Shown here piece after piece: positions 1 through 11,372 of a DNA stretch of 64,000 nucleotides (within the stretch, counting starts at the first letter, position 1; each line of letters opens with the position of its first letter). The notes beneath the pieces were generated by a model. The model had not been told where the DNA came from, did no database searches, and was given only the letters and a program-made list of their open reading frames with translations. A program made the position numbers and the translations under genes. Origin of the DNA: Pseudogymnoascus verrucosus (taxonomy: Eukaryota); assembly GCA_001662655.1 (NCBI GenBank), contig KV460213.1; one strand, written 5' to 3'.

Positions 1-23
1 AAACATCAACTGACAGTGCCCAG

Positions 24-567
24 CTTCTATCTCATGGTTCCATGCGGAACTTCGCGAACTACTCCTCAATCCACGCATTAAAGTTATGATACATATAACT
101 AACAATGTCGAATCCTCTACATTAGTCTCCTTATCGGGATATTCTGACAAGGATAATACTTCAACCACAGAAGAATCTAGTCAGACTTCGCTCCCCATTA
201 TGGCACATGGTGACTTAGAAAAAGCCATTGAGCTTGAGCAAACTGCGAAGTCAGAAAAGCCTGCCGACCCAGAGAAAGCCATGGGCTATGCTGTAGGAGA
301 GGCATCCAGCAGCACCATTGCAACCTTCCCAGGGCGCCCAAATATTCCTGCGCTGATGGAAAGTCTCGTTGACAATGAAGATTCCATGAAGAGAGTTATT
401 GTCGGCGCTTGTGGGCCTGAGGGTTTGCTGGAGACGGTGAAGGACACCGCATCACGATGCATACGGCCTGACGGTCCATCTTTCACTTTACATACCGAGG
501 TAGGCTGAGTGTTTTTGCCCTTTTGCTTTTCGATCCACTAATATGGGAATAGGGGTTTGGATGGTAG
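24..567 (+). CDS. Ferric reductase (FRE/NOX-like) C-terminal NAD(P)H-binding domain; 5' part lies outside the window
   Basis: Exon 24-499 contains GRP and VGACGP motifs and ends LHTE. Intron 500-552 (GT..CTAAT..AG) joins a last exon GFGW* (553-567), giving the LHxExFGW terminus typical of fungal ferric reductases. Confidence 0.8.
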
Positions 568-857
568 ACGCACTTATGATCTTTTGTACATATCTTTTTA
601 TGAGCATTGATTGATGAATAACGGAGGAACGAGGTGGGCATATAAAGGTTAGAAGGGCGGTTGAAGGTCGCAGGGACGGCAAAAAGTGGCAAGTATGGCG
701 ATGCTGCCTTTTGTATGGGACTTTTTGCATAGGAATAGTTTTTTTTTGTTTACAATCGCGACAGCATTTGAACATTACTATTTACGACGAATATTTATAA
801 AGACAGAAATATCATCATATCATGTGTTTGCATCTGGATGGGATTGTTGGCTTCTTC

Positions 858-1004
858 CCTCGGACATTTCATTGATTAGTTATCGAAGCCGAAGGGCCGC
901 AGGTAACGTGACTCAACGCTAAACCCCGCCTACTCGGCCCTTGGCCTTGGCCACCACCTGAATTTAGTGCAAGGTACTAACCCTTTGTACTTTTTGTGCC
1001 TCGG
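858..1004 (+). promoter_or_regulatory. Two CCTCGG elements (candidate FarA/FarB fatty-acid response sites) upstream of the nitronate monooxygenase-family gene
   Basis: CCTCGG at 858-863 and 999-1004. A hexamer, so chance occurrence is possible. Confidence 0.35.
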
Positions 1005-1258
1005 CATATCCATCATTTTGTGGGGGTTCTGGAAGAAAGAGACGCAGCTGACACAGCCGAGCGGATCTTCGACAACCGATGGGATTTCTTCAATAACCAT
1101 TCTGTTTCCTGTACATTTAAGACGAGGAGTAGCGGATATCAGGACGTTCTCTCATTGACATATATTTTTTGTTTTTGCACTGCTTAGGTTCCTAGACTTT
1201 ACATCCCTACAACTAGACACAGAGACGCATCGTCCGGAGCGACGAACAGACAGACACC

Positions 1259-2371
1259 ATGCCTTTCGATACCAAGCTCACTCGTGCCCTGGGCATCAGA
1301 GGTATGCCCCCTTCACCTCTGCTCCGTCGCCTCAATCCCCTCTAACAATATCTTTCTAGTCCCCGTTGTCCAAGGTGGCATGCAATGGGTCGGCTACGCT
1401 GAGATGGCCGCCGCCGTCTCCAACGCCGGCGGTCTCGGCCTCCTCACAGCTCTCACGCAACCCACACCCGAAGACCTACGCAAAGAGATCCGCCGCTGCA
1501 GGACCATGACCAAATACCCCTTCGGCGTGAACATCACCCTCCTCCCCGCCATGGTTCCCCCGGACTACGGCGCATACGCCCAGGTCGTCATCGACGAGGG
1601 CATCAAGATCGTCGAGACCGCCGGCAACAGCCCCGGTCCCGTCATCAAGCAGCTCAAGGCCGTCGGCACCATCATCCTGCATAAGTGCACCACCATCCGC
1701 CACGCCGAGAGCGCCGTCAAGCTCGGCGTCGACTTCCTCTCCATCGATGGCTTCGAGTGCGCCGGCCACGTCGGCGAGAGCGATCTCACCAACTTCATCC
1801 TCCTGAGCCGCGCGCGCCAGACCCTGACGGTCCCGTTCATCGCCTCTGGTGGATTCGCCGACGGCTACGGCTTGGCTGCGGCGCTCAGCTTGGGCGCTGA
1901 GGGTATCAACATGGGTACCCGCTTCATGAGCACCGTCGAGGCGCCCATCCACAACAATGTCAAGGAGCAGATCTGCAAGGCGTCCGAGCACGACACCCAG
2001 CTTGTGCTGCGCAGATGGAAGAACACCAGCAGACTGTACAAGAACAAGGCGGCTGTTGAGGCGTTCAAGATTGAGTCGACCAGCACAACGGGCAAGTTTG
2101 AGGAGGTCGCACCGTGGGTGTCGGGTAAGAGGGGAAGACAGGTGTTCATCAACGGTGATGTTGATTTCGGAGTAAGTTTCTTCTGATGTGATGTGATCTG
2201 CGAAGAGTGCATGTGCTGACTACGGTGATTTAGGTGTGGACTGCCGGACAGGTGATTGGTCTTATTCATGATATCCCTACGTGCGAGGTTCTGTTGAGGA
2301 GAATCGAGAAAGAGGCGGAGGAGACGATCAACAGGGCATCGTCGCTGATTGTTGCCAGCCCCAAGTTGTAG
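1259..2371 (+). CDS. Nitronate monooxygenase / 2-nitropropane dioxygenase (FabK-like) FMN oxidoreductase, 3 exons
   Basis: ATG at 1259; introns 1302-1359 and 2172-2233. Motifs PVVQGGM, AAVSNAGGLG, DGFECAGH, IASGGFADG, GINMGTRF, VWTAGQVIGLI. C-terminus ...SPKL*. Confidence 0.92.
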
Positions 2372-3608
2372 AGGGTTTGTATATGATAGATATGATTTAT
2401 TTACAGCCGATATAGAAGAGATGTACAGCGTATTTTTTGTGGCATTGTTTATTGTGAAGTTCTCGTGGTCTCTGAAGCCGACAAATAAGCTCCTTCATAT
2501 AATTCATTCATATAATTCCTCCATTAGACAATGGTCCATCCATACGTACAGACCCTGAGGTCAATCAAGGCCAATCCGCTTCGCCGATCTTGAACAAAAT
2601 CCCCTTATCGCACCCTACTTACTCTAGTTTCTGTAACTACTACCCCACCACGTTCTGGCCTCCGATTTCCTGCCCCACCATTGAGTTAGTCTGCAATATT
2701 AAATCATAGTCCCAGGCACCAGGCAGACGTGTAAAGTGCAAACCGCATTTTGATACCGCGTTCTGTAATAACTCTCCTCCAAGATCGCGCCCTCACCGCG
2801 ACCTCATGGCGATCATCGCGCCCTCATCGGTGTTTCAAGTCATCCCTCGCCCATCGCGACTGATTGGCCCAGCCTTGCCCACCCGTCCTTAACTGGCCGC
2901 ATCGCCAACAACCGTTCGCAGCCAGGAAAAAACAGGCAATTGGGTGTCCCAGCCCCGCGAATTTGTTAGTTGGGCACTGTGGTGAGAAGGCGACTGGCCA
3001 GTCATCGTCGTCGGGGAGGAATTGTGAGGTGTCGCAAAGGTAATGGGCTTGGTGGAATGCTTGTACCTGTACTTTTTGGTAGGAGAATTGTAAAAGGGAG
3101 TGGCTGGGCTTTCGTGATACTCGAGTACAGGTACAGTTCTTCGTGGTACAGTTGTACCTCTTATCTGCTTCGCTACAACTTCACTTTCAACCCTTCTGTT
3201 CACTTACTACTTCTGCTTCTCTACGTCTTATTTACCTTCTTAATCTATTTGCTGAAGGCGAAATTATATTCATTCTGTCGCTCTCCTATTCTTCTATTTC
3301 CAAGGAACTTCACAACTCTCCCAGAGAGCTTGTTGTGTTATCGTGATACTGCGACAGCCTCCCCGAGTCACCTCGCCCGCCGTCGCAGTGACTGAGAAAC
3401 ACCAGAGCGCAGAACACCTCTGCGATGCTCTTTACGATAAACAACGACATCAAATTCTCCCTCATCGCAATCGACATCGCCCCCAGCACCGCCATCTGCC
3501 TCTCCGCCGTCCTCGCCGGCTACTACTACCTCCTCCACATCCGCGCCCACCCCCGTCCCCTCCCCCAAATCGCCCACTTCGATCTCCCCCCAGCCGACGC
3601 CAACGACC

Positions 3609-5461
3609 ATGACAACCATCTCCGAGCTCGGCGACCTCTTCGACGACCATCCCTCCTTGGACGCATCTCTGGCCGACTTCGAACCCGGAAGCAGCGAGCC
3701 CGCTCACAGCCCGCGCTTCCCGCCCCTCCAAATCACCCGCAACAACAACTACAACCACCTCTTCCCTTCGCAGCACTCTGGTTTCCGCGAGCCCTCAGAC
3801 TCGGAGGACGATCCGATACGCCCGGACTCGTCGGGGGGGTACAGCCCGCCCGCGTGGCGCCGCAACGGGGGCGCAAGAAGCTCAGGCTTCTGGAATAGAC
3901 GCGATAATATCCTTAATCGCGGCGGCGTGAGTAGGGAGGTTACGCCTGAGACGTGGGAGAGTGCTGAGGAGGGAGATGCGACCCTCGCAGCTGCGGTGCG
4001 GGTGCGTCTGCCCACTGGGAGTTTGAGTCCTGAGAAGCGGCGGAGTCCGAGTCCAGATCCGTTTATGAGTGGGGGGGATTTTGGGGGCTCGTTCGGCGCC
4101 GTGAAGAAAGAGGAGGGTAGCAAGGTGGTTCCGCTGGCGACTATCCCCGAGAATCCTAATAATTGTAAGTTTCTCGTCGTCTGCATGGGAATGCAGGTCG
4201 AGGTCCCGTTGTCTGCGTCAGTCTAACTGTTTTAGACATCCGCTTTGCCGTGCGAGCAGAGGTACAGCACCGGACCGAGCCGTTTGAGAACGCGCTGGCG
4301 GTAGCGACACGTAAATTCGACAGCGTGACCAAATCCTGGACCTCGCTCATCACCACCATCCTCGTGGGATTCATCTCCCTCCTGGCCGTCAAATCGATAT
4401 TCACCCCCGCCGCACCCCTCCCCGTCCCAGACCTCGTCAAAGTCGCCAGTCTCGCCAAGGCCTTCGAGCCCCTAATCTTCTACTCAGAGCATGGCATCCA
4501 GCAAATCGCCGACCTGCAAGCCACCAGCGTCGCCGTCTGGGACCTCGGCGAGTCTGTTCGCTCCGCCAACATGACCTCCGCCCCAATCATCGTGCGAGAG
4601 CTCGACGGCCTGAGCGATTCCCTGAAGACCCTCGCTATCGAACTCACCCGCTTCTTCGCCAATGTAGATGGTGATGTCGACGGAATACTAATCGTCATGG
4701 ACTGGGCCAAGCGCGAACTAGCTGCCCTCCCTGCCGCACCGCCATCCCCGCTTTCTGCGCTCGCTACAAACACACACACCCTCCTCAGTCGACTGCACGT
4801 CCTCGAGTCATCTCCAGGTAACCCGACAGCCTTGGGCCACGCGGCGCTTGCACTCTTCGGCCCGACGCCCCCGCAGCGCACGGCTGCGGCGCTGGGTCGC
4901 GCATTCCGCGAGTTCGTGGGCGTGCTAGAAGAGGCAATCCAGGCGGAGCTTGAGCACGCCGCCGCGCTATTCGCGCTTTTTGAGGCAGTGGATCGACGAT
5001 TCCTCAATGTTGCCCGCGCAGTGGCTCGGGAGAGCGATGAGCAGGAGCGTGGAGAGAGCGAGATGCTGGCGAGTTTGTGGACGAGAGTCTTAGGCGGGAA
5101 TGCAGCAGGGTTGCGCAAATTCGAGATGAATAGGCGATTACTGGGGAGTGTGAGGGAGAGGACGGTCAGGAATAAAAGGGTGCTTGTGGATCATAATGGG
5201 AAGTTATTAGCACTGAGGGCGAATCTCGAGATGTTGAGGATGAGGCTTGTTAGTCCGCTTGTGAGGGCAGGGGAGGGGAGCACGATTGGGGTGGAGGAGC
5301 AGATTAGGGGGTTGGAGGGGACGTATGAGTATTTGAGGGGGGTGAGGGAGAAGCAGAAGGGGAGGTTGATGGAGGTGCTTTATGGGTCTGGTAAGGGGAG
5401 GTCGAGGATTGTGGGGGACGACGAGGGGAGGGAGATTGACGGGGGGTGGGAGAGGAGGTAG
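3609..5461 (+). CDS. Hypothetical fungal protein: low-complexity N-region, a TM segment, long helical/coiled-coil C-region
   Basis: ORF 3609-4164 joined by intron 4165-4235 (GTAAGT..CTAAC..TAG) to the 403-aa ORF. Strong coding-type codon bias. The true start may be 3425 via a frame switch (see findings). Confidence 0.8.
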
Positions 5462-5850
5462 CTTTGGTGGGTGTTGCTGGATTTGGATTTGCTGGGGGCG
5501 CTTTAATAGGATAGGGGGGGCTGGCATGGAGTTTTGTTTATGTTTATGGAGTACGGTGGATGGGAGAGTGTGGGGATATATTATGGCTGTATATGTGATG
5601 AAGGGCTGGCGGAGTACATAGATGGAAGCTGTATTGGCTACTGAGGATAGATGACACTTGAATCCAAATAACTCAACATGAGTATCCCAACTATGACCCA
5701 TGATTGCAGATCTCCCTCTCAACAACAAAGATCCCTTGTACATGCGCGCTAAACGTACCATGCGTTAGCTTTTGAGTCTAATAGTATCACGTCCACTAGT
5801 TTCCCATGGAAGCCTCTCAGAGGGAAGGTACGATGCAAGAAAGGAGGAAA

Positions 5851-5970
5851 AAGGATGGCACGATGAAGGAAGGCATGATGAAGGAAGACACGATGAAGGA
5901 AGGCACGATGAAGGAAAGCACGATGAAGGAAGGCACGATGAAGGAAGGCACGATGAAGGAAGGCGCGATG
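5851..5970. repeat. Minisatellite: 8 tandem copies of a 15-bp unit AAGGAAGGCACGATG
   Basis: Units start at 5851, 5866, 5881, 5896, 5911, 5926, 5941 and 5956 with 0-1 mismatch each. A degenerate copy lies at 5821-5835. Confidence 0.95.
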
Positions 5971-6090
5971 AAAAAACAGTCGAGGATGGAAGGAGCGAAG
6001 GACGAAAGGGCAAACAACACCAATTATGAAAATCCGTCTGCCGCAGCAACATCTCCCCCCTATATGTCAGGGTCCGCATCAACTCTGACT

Positions 6091-6393
6091 TCAGCGGCTA
6101 GCGTGGCTATCGTCTCTTGTGGCATGGGCGTCGTTGGGGCTGGCCTCGGCGTCATTTTCGTCGGGAATGAAGGTGGCATGGCTATCACCAATTGTCATGT
6201 GGGAGTCATCAGGGCTCACGCCGGCATGATTCTCTCTTGTGATGTGGGCGTCATCACCGATCACTCCTGCGTGCTTCTCCCTTGTTGCATGGGTGTTGTC
6301 AGGTTTGGCCTCGATGTCGGCGCCGTCCAAGCCAGCTGGAGCAGCTAGAGAAACGCTGGCAAAGAGGAGTAAGAGAACGGGAGTGAACTTCAT
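6091..6393 (-). CDS. Small secreted, cysteine-free His/Asp-rich repeat protein (100 aa)
   Basis: Signal peptide MKFTPVLLLLFASVSLA-AP. About four ~15-aa repeats such as PDNTHATREKHAGVI and GDDAHITRENHAGVS. TATAAAT box on the minus strand at 6467-6473. Confidence 0.7.
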   Translation of the reverse strand: MKFTPVLLLLFASVSLAAPAGLDGADIEAKPDNTHATREKHAGVIGDDAHITRENHAGVSPDDSHMTIGDSHATFIPDENDAEASPNDAHATRDDSHASR

Positions 6394-7087
6394 GATGGAT
6401 TTTGAGTATGTGATACTACGTGGCTTGAGTGGGAGGGTAGGGGTTGGTGAAGGGTGGGTCAGGCATATTTATACAGCTCTGAAGGGGGATTTCTTAAGAC
6501 TGGTCAAGGTGTATTTGATGACCTGAGTTTGGGATTCGCAGGTAATTCCGAGTTTGAGATTCGTGCATTTCTCGGTGCTGACTTGACGTTCTGCCATGAC
6601 AAGCCTGCTCCGCCTCTGTCGGACAGACAAATGCGGCTGTCAGCATCGGCGAGGACATCCCGATCCATCTTGGCCAGTCCGTTGAAAGCCCTGTTAGCCT
6701 CACGGGGTGGCTATTTGTCTTGTAAGCCCGTGATTGGAGACTTGACACCGAGTCCTGCACGACGTCGTCAGGCAACGACGCGGCCTCAGCCATGTTTACA
6801 TTGGCAGAATTCCCCGACTTTAATATTTGCGCGACATCGCCGGGCATATCTTTTCCCTTCCGAGATACATTATGCGAGTACGCTGAGCTCTTTCGGACGA
6901 AGAACGCGAAGTACGGTCGTATTAAAGCTAGTCCCACTCCGGAACCTTTGCGCGAACCTCATCTCACCTCGAGAGTAACTGGTAGCTAACGAGAGCGAAA
7001 ATATAAATATTTTGGGAGTCCCAAGATAAATATGTAGGCTGTCCATCTCTATTTGCCTATCATTGTCATTGAACAAGATTATTTACT

Positions 7088-9074
7088 ATGGCAACTAAAA
7101 GACTCGCGATGTTGGCATTCTTTCTCCAATTGCTTGCCTTATCATCTTCTCACCCCAATCCAAAAGTGTGCAAAGCGCAGCCTGGGACAAAAGCATGGCC
7201 ATCGGAAGCAAAATGGGAGAGCTTTGATAAATCTCTTTCGGGCCAGCTTATTAAAACCGTCCCGCCCGGTGCAGTCTGCCACCCGTCGCAGCCTTCGTAC
7301 GACGCCATAGCTTGCCCGGCCGTGCAAGAGGGATGGAAACTCGCGAAGTGGCACACTGAAAATCCCGTTTCGGTCATATTGGATAGCGCTGTAAATGACA
7401 CTTGTCTTCCGGATCCGAAGTATCCATGTAGCGCAGAGGGATATCCGATTTACGTGGTTAATGCTACGACGGCGGAACATGTGAAGAAGGGGGTCAATTT
7501 TGCAAGGCAAAATAATGTCAGATTGGTTATTAAGGGAACGGGCCATGATTATATGGGGAGGTGAGTTGTATGATAATTGTTGGAAATAGATACACGGCTT
7601 ACTCCAGAAGGTCTGCTGCACCTAACTCTCTCTCAATCTGGACCCACAACATCAAAGGTCTGGAGTTTTTCGAGATCAACAAATTCACACCGAAGCACTG
7701 CAAAGTTCCTATTGATAAGCATGTTATTACTGTAGGAGCGGGGACGCAGATGCTGGAAATTGACGAGCAAGCTTCTCTCCGAAACCTCACTGTCGTAGGC
7801 GGTGGCTCTGGGTCAGTTGGAATAGGGGGCTACCTCACAGGGGGTGGCCATAGTGCTATCAGTCTCACATTTGGACTTGCTGCCGATCAAGTTGTGGAGA
7901 TGGAAGTTGTGACTGCAAGCGGAAAGATAGTAACCGCGAATGCATGTCAAAACGAGGATCTGTTCTGGGCTATGCGCGGAGTAAGTTCCTCCATTCCGCT
8001 CGACGATGAAGAATCTCTACTAAATAATCACAGGGTGGTGGCTCAACCTTCGGAGTCATCATATCAGCAACAATCAAAGCCTACCCCTCCTTCAAGTTTG
8101 CCACCGTCTCGGTCATGTTCGGCGCCCCAGTCTCCTCCAGCGATGCCTACTATGACGCTCTTACCACTATCTTCGAGGAATCACCAGACCTCGGTGACCT
8201 TGGTATCTCAGCCTACTACTTTGGCGCTGCCAACGTGAGTGCTGCCGATTACGGCATTCCAGTTCCAGGAATGATCAACGGTTTTATCGGCGGCTTTATG
8301 CTCCCGCTAATAGACGCTTCCAACACAAGCGACAGCCTTCTGACGGCCGTCAACGCCACATTAGCCAAGGCCATCAAGGGTGCAGAAGACCAATTCCTGA
8401 CTTCGGTGACGGAGACTACATTCGATGACTTCTGGTCCTGGTATAAAGATAATAACGGGCCATTGAACGCGGGTTTCGATGCCATCCTTGGCTCGCGGTT
8501 GTTGGATCGAAAGTCATTGACGGGAAACCGAGCTACGCTTAAGGAAGCGCTGATTGTGGCTCCTGGAAACGGAACCTTGCTTGGCCATCTGGTTAGCGGG
8601 AAGGCGGTGCATAACGCGAAGATCCCGGGGGGAAGCAATGCCGTGAACCCAGCTTGGAGGTCTGCATATGTGCATACTGGTTCGTATTAACCCGCATGAA
8701 AAAGCTCGCCGTAACTGACAATATCTATAGTTGTGTCATCGTCGTGGGATCCCTTGGATGCTGCGGGGAGGGAGAAGCAGTTGAATTTGAACACCAATGT
8801 ATACACGGAGGCCTTGAGAAAAATTGCCCCTGACACTGGGGCGTACATTAACGAGGTAGGTGCGCTCTGCTGGTCACGGTGTTTGGTTACGAGCTAATTA
8901 TTGTAGGCTGATTTGTATGAACCAAACCCCCAGAAGGCGTTCTGGGGCGCCAATTATCCACGACTCTGGTTCATCAAGAAGATGCGTGATCCCCTAGATG
9001 TGTTTTGGTGCTCGCCTTGCGTGGGGAATGAGGGATGGGAAGTGATTGATGATGCTCTTTGTAGAAAGTGGTAA
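7088..9074 (+). CDS. Secreted FAD-linked oxidoreductase, berberine-bridge-enzyme/VAO family (AA7-like), 5 exons
   Basis: Signal peptide; RLVIKGTGHDYMGRS covalent-FAD His motif; GGYLTGGGH; DLFWAMRGGGGSTFG; C-terminal GAYINEA..FWGANYPRL..IKK..DP..VF BBE domain. Introns begin at about 7561, 7981, 8680 and 8856. Confidence 0.92.
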
Positions 9075-9416
9075 CTTGGAGCGGAGGATAAGGGGTTGGA
9101 GAATAGTTTGGATGTGTGAACTGATAGAGTGATTATTTAATCAGCATTTAAATCGGATTCTTGTCATGTCGATGGAATGTAGTAGAACCACTATATATTG
9201 TTATTTCGAGGTATTGTATTGTATACCGAAAGATTGGATGATAAATGAGGCGTTGATATCCTTGCGCTGACGCCTGGGTCATCTAGGGTAAGAAGAGCAC
9301 GGAAGAACAATCAACGGGGTCTACGCCGCCCGAATAGCGACAGTGGATGGCGGTGGCATACAAGATTATTATGTAGGCTTTGGTGATTACTCCTGGCTCT
9401 AATATGGATAGCTTAG

Positions 9417-9862
9417 TCGCTTTGCAGCCCGCTCCGTTTCGTTGCTCAAATACTTTAACATAGGCTACATCATCTCTGTCACTCGGGCAGAAGACGTGCC
9501 CAAATTCAACGCGGAATCTGATACCTCTGACATCAAAGATGTATTTTTTCAAAAGCAGGTTGATATTAACGATGACCCGACCGAAGACATCCTCATTCAT
9601 TTGACAGATACTTGTGACTGGATCAAAACTAGCTTGGCCTCTGCACCAACCGACATTGAGGACAGCCCGAAGCAAACTGGGGTCCTAGTGCATTGTACGC
9701 AAGGGATATCTCGTTCCGGATCAGTTGTTATTGCATACTGTAAGATAATTTCTTTACATTGTTAAATTTTGTTCCAAATTAAATGTCTTTCCCTCTTGCA
9801 GTTACCCCTATTATTTCACAAATTTGACAATCGGTGTAGTAATGCGTGAGTTCTCGCTCAAT
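9417..9862 (+). pseudogene. Dual-specificity protein phosphatase fragment, 3'-truncated
   Basis: P-loop VLVHCTQGISRSGSVVIAY, then an intron (9740-9839) and LMREFSLN. After that the expected R..I.PN.GF..QL segment is absent. The 5' exon is uncertain. Confidence 0.65.
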
Positions 9863-9993
9863 CCGGGTCATCCTCCCCGCTCAACAAATAGACGCCATTC
9901 ACTGAATATAACCAGAGCCGTCGAAATTATCAACATAGAGTTTGTATTCTACATAAGATAACCTATAATTCTTCTCGGTTTTTACTGGCAAAC

Positions 9994-10410
9994 ATGTCGA
10001 CATACGCGTTTTCCATAATAACGTGTGACCGCGGAGAACAGTGGGATTCGCCAACGAAGATGAAGCCGTATCACTGGGTTTTTTGGATCCAGAGTAGCAC
10101 CACTCCAAATGTTGGTCATACGTTTCAGCTTCGTGGGATGCCTGGGACATTCTATCACTCTGCCGAAGAGGCCGTGGACCTCTCAAAGTTGGACGGTGCG
10201 AACGGACGACTTGAAGTGGGATCTATTCCGCTGCAGAAATATGAACTCTACAAGCAACTCTTGCAAGAGGTAACGATAGACAATGTTGAGTCTTCAGGTT
10301 GGAATTGCCAGAATTGGAGCCTCGCAGCCTTGGATAACCGAGAACAAGACCTAGTTGCTGACGATTACTCCAATAATGTGATCCGGCACTGGCTCAGCGA
10401 GGATCAGTAG
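9994..10410 (+). CDS. Small fungal hypothetical protein (DUF6540-like, HW...NCQxW pattern)
   Basis: Intronless 138-aa ORF with YHWVFWI and GWNCQNW motifs. Family name is from memory of the pattern. Confidence 0.6.
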   Translation: MSTYAFSIITCDRGEQWDSPTKMKPYHWVFWIQSSTTPNVGHTFQLRGMPGTFYHSAEEAVDLSKLDGANGRLEVGSIPLQKYELYKQLLQEVTIDNVESSGWNCQNWSLAALDNREQDLVADDYSNNVIRHWLSEDQ

Positions 10411-10458
10411 TCTAATAGTATATGTATGACGAGCCAGCAAAAGGCGAGTGAAGGGACA

Positions 10459-10536
10459 AAGGAAGGCACAGGTTAAGGAAGAGAGAAGCAATGAAGGAAG
10501 GCACAGGTTAAGGAAGAGAGAAGCAACGAAGGAAGG
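10459..10536. repeat. Tandem direct repeat, 35-bp unit x ~2.2, purine-rich
   Basis: AAGGAAGGCACAGGTTAAGGAAGAGAGAAGCAAYG at 10459-10493 and 10494-10528, followed by AAGGAAGG. Confidence 0.9.
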
Positions 10537-10614
10537 TATGAACGAAGAGATGCGGGAAGGTACGAAAGAGGTACAAAAGAAAGGGTTGAAGGAGCATAAT
10601 ATTACACTCAGAGC

Positions 10615-10851
10615 TTCATTCATGTTGCCTCACCTTTATGCTAGACCATGAACAAAAAAGAAATGATACCAAGGAGCATTTCCTGGGCACTGGACGTTTG
10701 TAGAGCATCTGATAAATAATCGACTGTAAAGCGCTTTGTGGTTACTAGTTGTCCGGTGGCAGCATGGTTGTTTTAACTGGGAAAAGAGGGAATCGTAGTC
10801 ACAACAGGCATCTGGAATGATAAATCTATGTTACTGGCCCGGAACAACTCC
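10615..10851 (+). pseudogene. Relic of an NAD(P)-dependent epimerase/aldehyde reductase (extended SDR, DFR/Gre2-like)
   Basis: A single frame reads FIHVASPLC*TMNKKEMIPRSISWALDVCRASDK*STVKRFVVTSCPVAAWLF*LGKEGIVVTTGIWNDK. HVAS, VKRFVxTS and WND motifs are present with three in-frame stops. Not in the ORF track. Confidence 0.65.
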
Positions 10852-11372
10852 TGAACCTGTTAAGCTGACCCTGGCATGTGTATTCGGCAAACAAGTACGA
10901 TCCTGATCTACTACACGGATAGCCTCTTCCACACCGATCAATTGAGCCGACCGTGTTGTAGTTGGCCATTAGGTAGATTGTATACATCAATGACTGGATC
11001 TCTAATATAATTCTTTGCGATGGCGACCCCGAGTTGAATTATTTGACTCCAGTAACTTAGATCCGAAGTACTTAATCACATCGGGATTGTGATGATCCAT
11101 AAAGTGAGGGTAATTGAAGGAGGGTCGAAGGCAGTTGAGCCCTATCGAAGCAAGTAGTGACGCATCTTCCTCGCTGAATAAGTGGTGCCTTGGGGAACGG
11201 CGATAAGGGCTACTCGGTGCTCATGCTTATGACCAGAAAATCCACTGACGAAATTCTCTATGTTAAGCATGCCCTCTAGGGCTACAATTTGATGATGGTC
11301 TTCTCACCCGCAGGTTTGATGATGTCTATCTCAGATAGACGAAGTAGCACGCACTATAGGTGTGGAGTACAG

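Noticed and set aside
1476..5761. Long antisense ORFs (e.g. 1476-1991, 4480-5118, 5207-5761)
   Set aside because: Shadows of GC-rich, codon-biased sense genes with no recognisable motifs.
5851..5970. CRISPR-like array, or proteins encoded by the repeat (MKEGT/HDEGR/PSSCL ORFs)
   Set aside because: Contiguous tandem units with no spacers, in a eukaryote. The ORFs exist because the 15-bp unit has no stop codons.
6091..9074. RiPP (dikaritin) cluster from the repeat peptide plus the divergent FAD oxidase
   Set aside because: No Kex2 KR sites, no Tyr/Trp core and no DUF3328 oxidase in the window.
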